Origin: Haliotis cracherodii | Lineage: Eukaryota | Direction of reading: 5' to 3' | Length of the DNA stretch: 64,000 nucleotides | NCBI RefSeq assembly: GCF_022045235.1 | Contig: NW_027266341.1 | Location: forward strand, 12,524,001 to 12,588,000 | Part shown: positions 62,815-64,000 of the stretch, in pieces | How positions within the stretch are numbered: the first letter of the stretch is position 1 | How the letters are laid out: the number at the start of each line of letters is the position of its first letter | Translations under genes and position numbers: made by a program | The notes under the pieces: generated by a model | Told to the model about the DNA's origin: nothing | The model's input: the letters and a program-made list of their open reading frames with translations, nothing else | Database searches by the model: none

Positions 62815-64000
62815 GATGTCAACTTCTTTATTATGAGGAACACAACGTTTCGGAGTATATGCTTACTCCTTCATCAGGCGAATGAATGATATGCGGCAGA
62901 GAGCACATACATGTACATGTAACAAAAATAAAAAGATAACAAAAGTTGGAAAATAGCAAAGGGTAGAAACTAACAAGTGAAGCCAACAGATGATTGACGC
63001 TGATAGGTGATTAGCAATAGACTATGGAAGCCAACACTTTACAGTAATTAGCACTTATGGTATGGAAGTCAGTACTTGAGTTATCATAGATAAGTAATAG
63101 GTAATGGACATTGGACAAACGGGTGGCCAGTGATAATTATCACTGATAGGTGAAAGAATGGCCCCTGAAGAAGAAGAAGAAAATATTTTATTTGTGTGTC
63201 ACATGTTGTATGTGTATACATTAGACATTAAAAAACTTGTATAAATACATACATCAGGCCACAAAAGGCCGATGAGACACAATGCACAATGAAAAACATT
63301 ATTTATATAAAAGAATTATAACTTATAGGATTGCAAAACCTGATAAAAATGAATTACAATTTTAAGTAAGGAATTGTTGCCTACGTGCAAACATTTTTTA
63401 AATAAGTGCGGCAAGAGGTTTTATATACGTGTTACAGTTCATTAAGAACACTGTCTGGTCCATGGCAAATTGAACCCAGCTAGGTAATTAGCACCGACAA
63501 AGATCAAAGCAATAAGTCCCAAGCACAAGGCAGATAGGTTCCCTGGTCACGGTTCATGGCTGGCTGGTGTCTCCTGATGCCCATGGCTTCTTGTAGTTTT
63601 CTTTGTGTCGCCAATTGTGTTTGTGGGTAGATAGGACTTTGGTGACTTCCCACATGATGTTATGGTTTTGGTTCTTCAGGATGTGTTTGGAAATAGCGGA
63701 TTTTAGGTCGAGTTTGTTCACAGAGGTCCGATGTTCTTTGAGATTGCCGTTGAGGGGTCTAAGGGTCTCTCCAATGTACTGGTGGCCACAGTTGCAGGGG
63801 ATCTGGTATATACATCCTCGGGGGTTGAGACATGCGCTGCTGGTGCCCCTGCCATTGGCTTGTAGATGGATCTTGATCTAGACATGTTTGCTTTGTTCTT
63901 GATGAAGCTGGAAATTTGATGAGTGACAGGGCCTTGGTAGGGTATGGTGATTCCGATAGGCGATTGAGCTGGTTTGGGCCTGGGTTAGAGTTCTTGAGGG
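62815..64000 (-). mobile_element. Penelope/Poseidon-type element 3' part: GIY-YIG endonuclease and terminal region
   Basis: ITIPY...GCIYQIPCNCGHQYIGETLRPL...KEH...SAISKH...EAMGI...MNRDQG, frameshifted; hammerhead and AATAAA downstream. 63170-63420 may be a nested LINE 3' end with a (TTC)n tail. Confidence 0.85.
62841..62880 (-). ncRNA. Minimal type I hammerhead ribozyme in the Penelope terminal region
   Basis: Minus strand reads CGC CUGAUGA A GGAGUA agcaua UACUCC GAAAC GUU GUG: intact core, 6-bp stem II, palindromic AACGUU stem III. Confidence 0.75.

Overview
AT-rich, intron-containing animal genomic DNA. The repeat families and gene content point to a mollusc, plausibly a gastropod such as abalone (inference). 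There are two assembly gaps (34266-34403, 36854-37028). Splicing exons by hand with consistent phases gives these genes, largely missed or mis-framed by the ORF track: (1) a 3-exon Cys/Tyr-rich single-pass CYYR1/Shisa-like gene (-, 2529-6128, 112 aa); (2) a 6-exon uncharacterised gene (+, 17100-22562, 587 aa); (3) a 5-exon type I membrane protein with IgGFc-binding, C-type lectin, Thr-rich stalk and TM modules (-, 26242-32325, 861 aa); (4) a tandem cluster of secreted two-FAS1 (fasciclin) genes: complete copy A (+, 39687-47791, 306 aa), an orphan exon, a Tc1-truncated copy B, and copy C whose last two exons are not in the window. The rest is a dense mobilome: several SINE families sharing one covarying 3' stem-loop, Tc1/mariner relics, MITEs, R4/Dong-, RTE-X-, I/Nimb- and Penelope-type retroelements, and many minisatellites. 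Best leads: a SINE whose head is a pseudoknot-forming RNA instead of a tRNA (candidate ribozyme or structured RNA), two minisatellites built from real splice sites of their host genes, a minimal hammerhead ribozyme in a Penelope end, and a conserved two-hairpin junction at the 3' end of a second Penelope-like family. No CRISPR, rRNA or genuine tRNA genes are supported.
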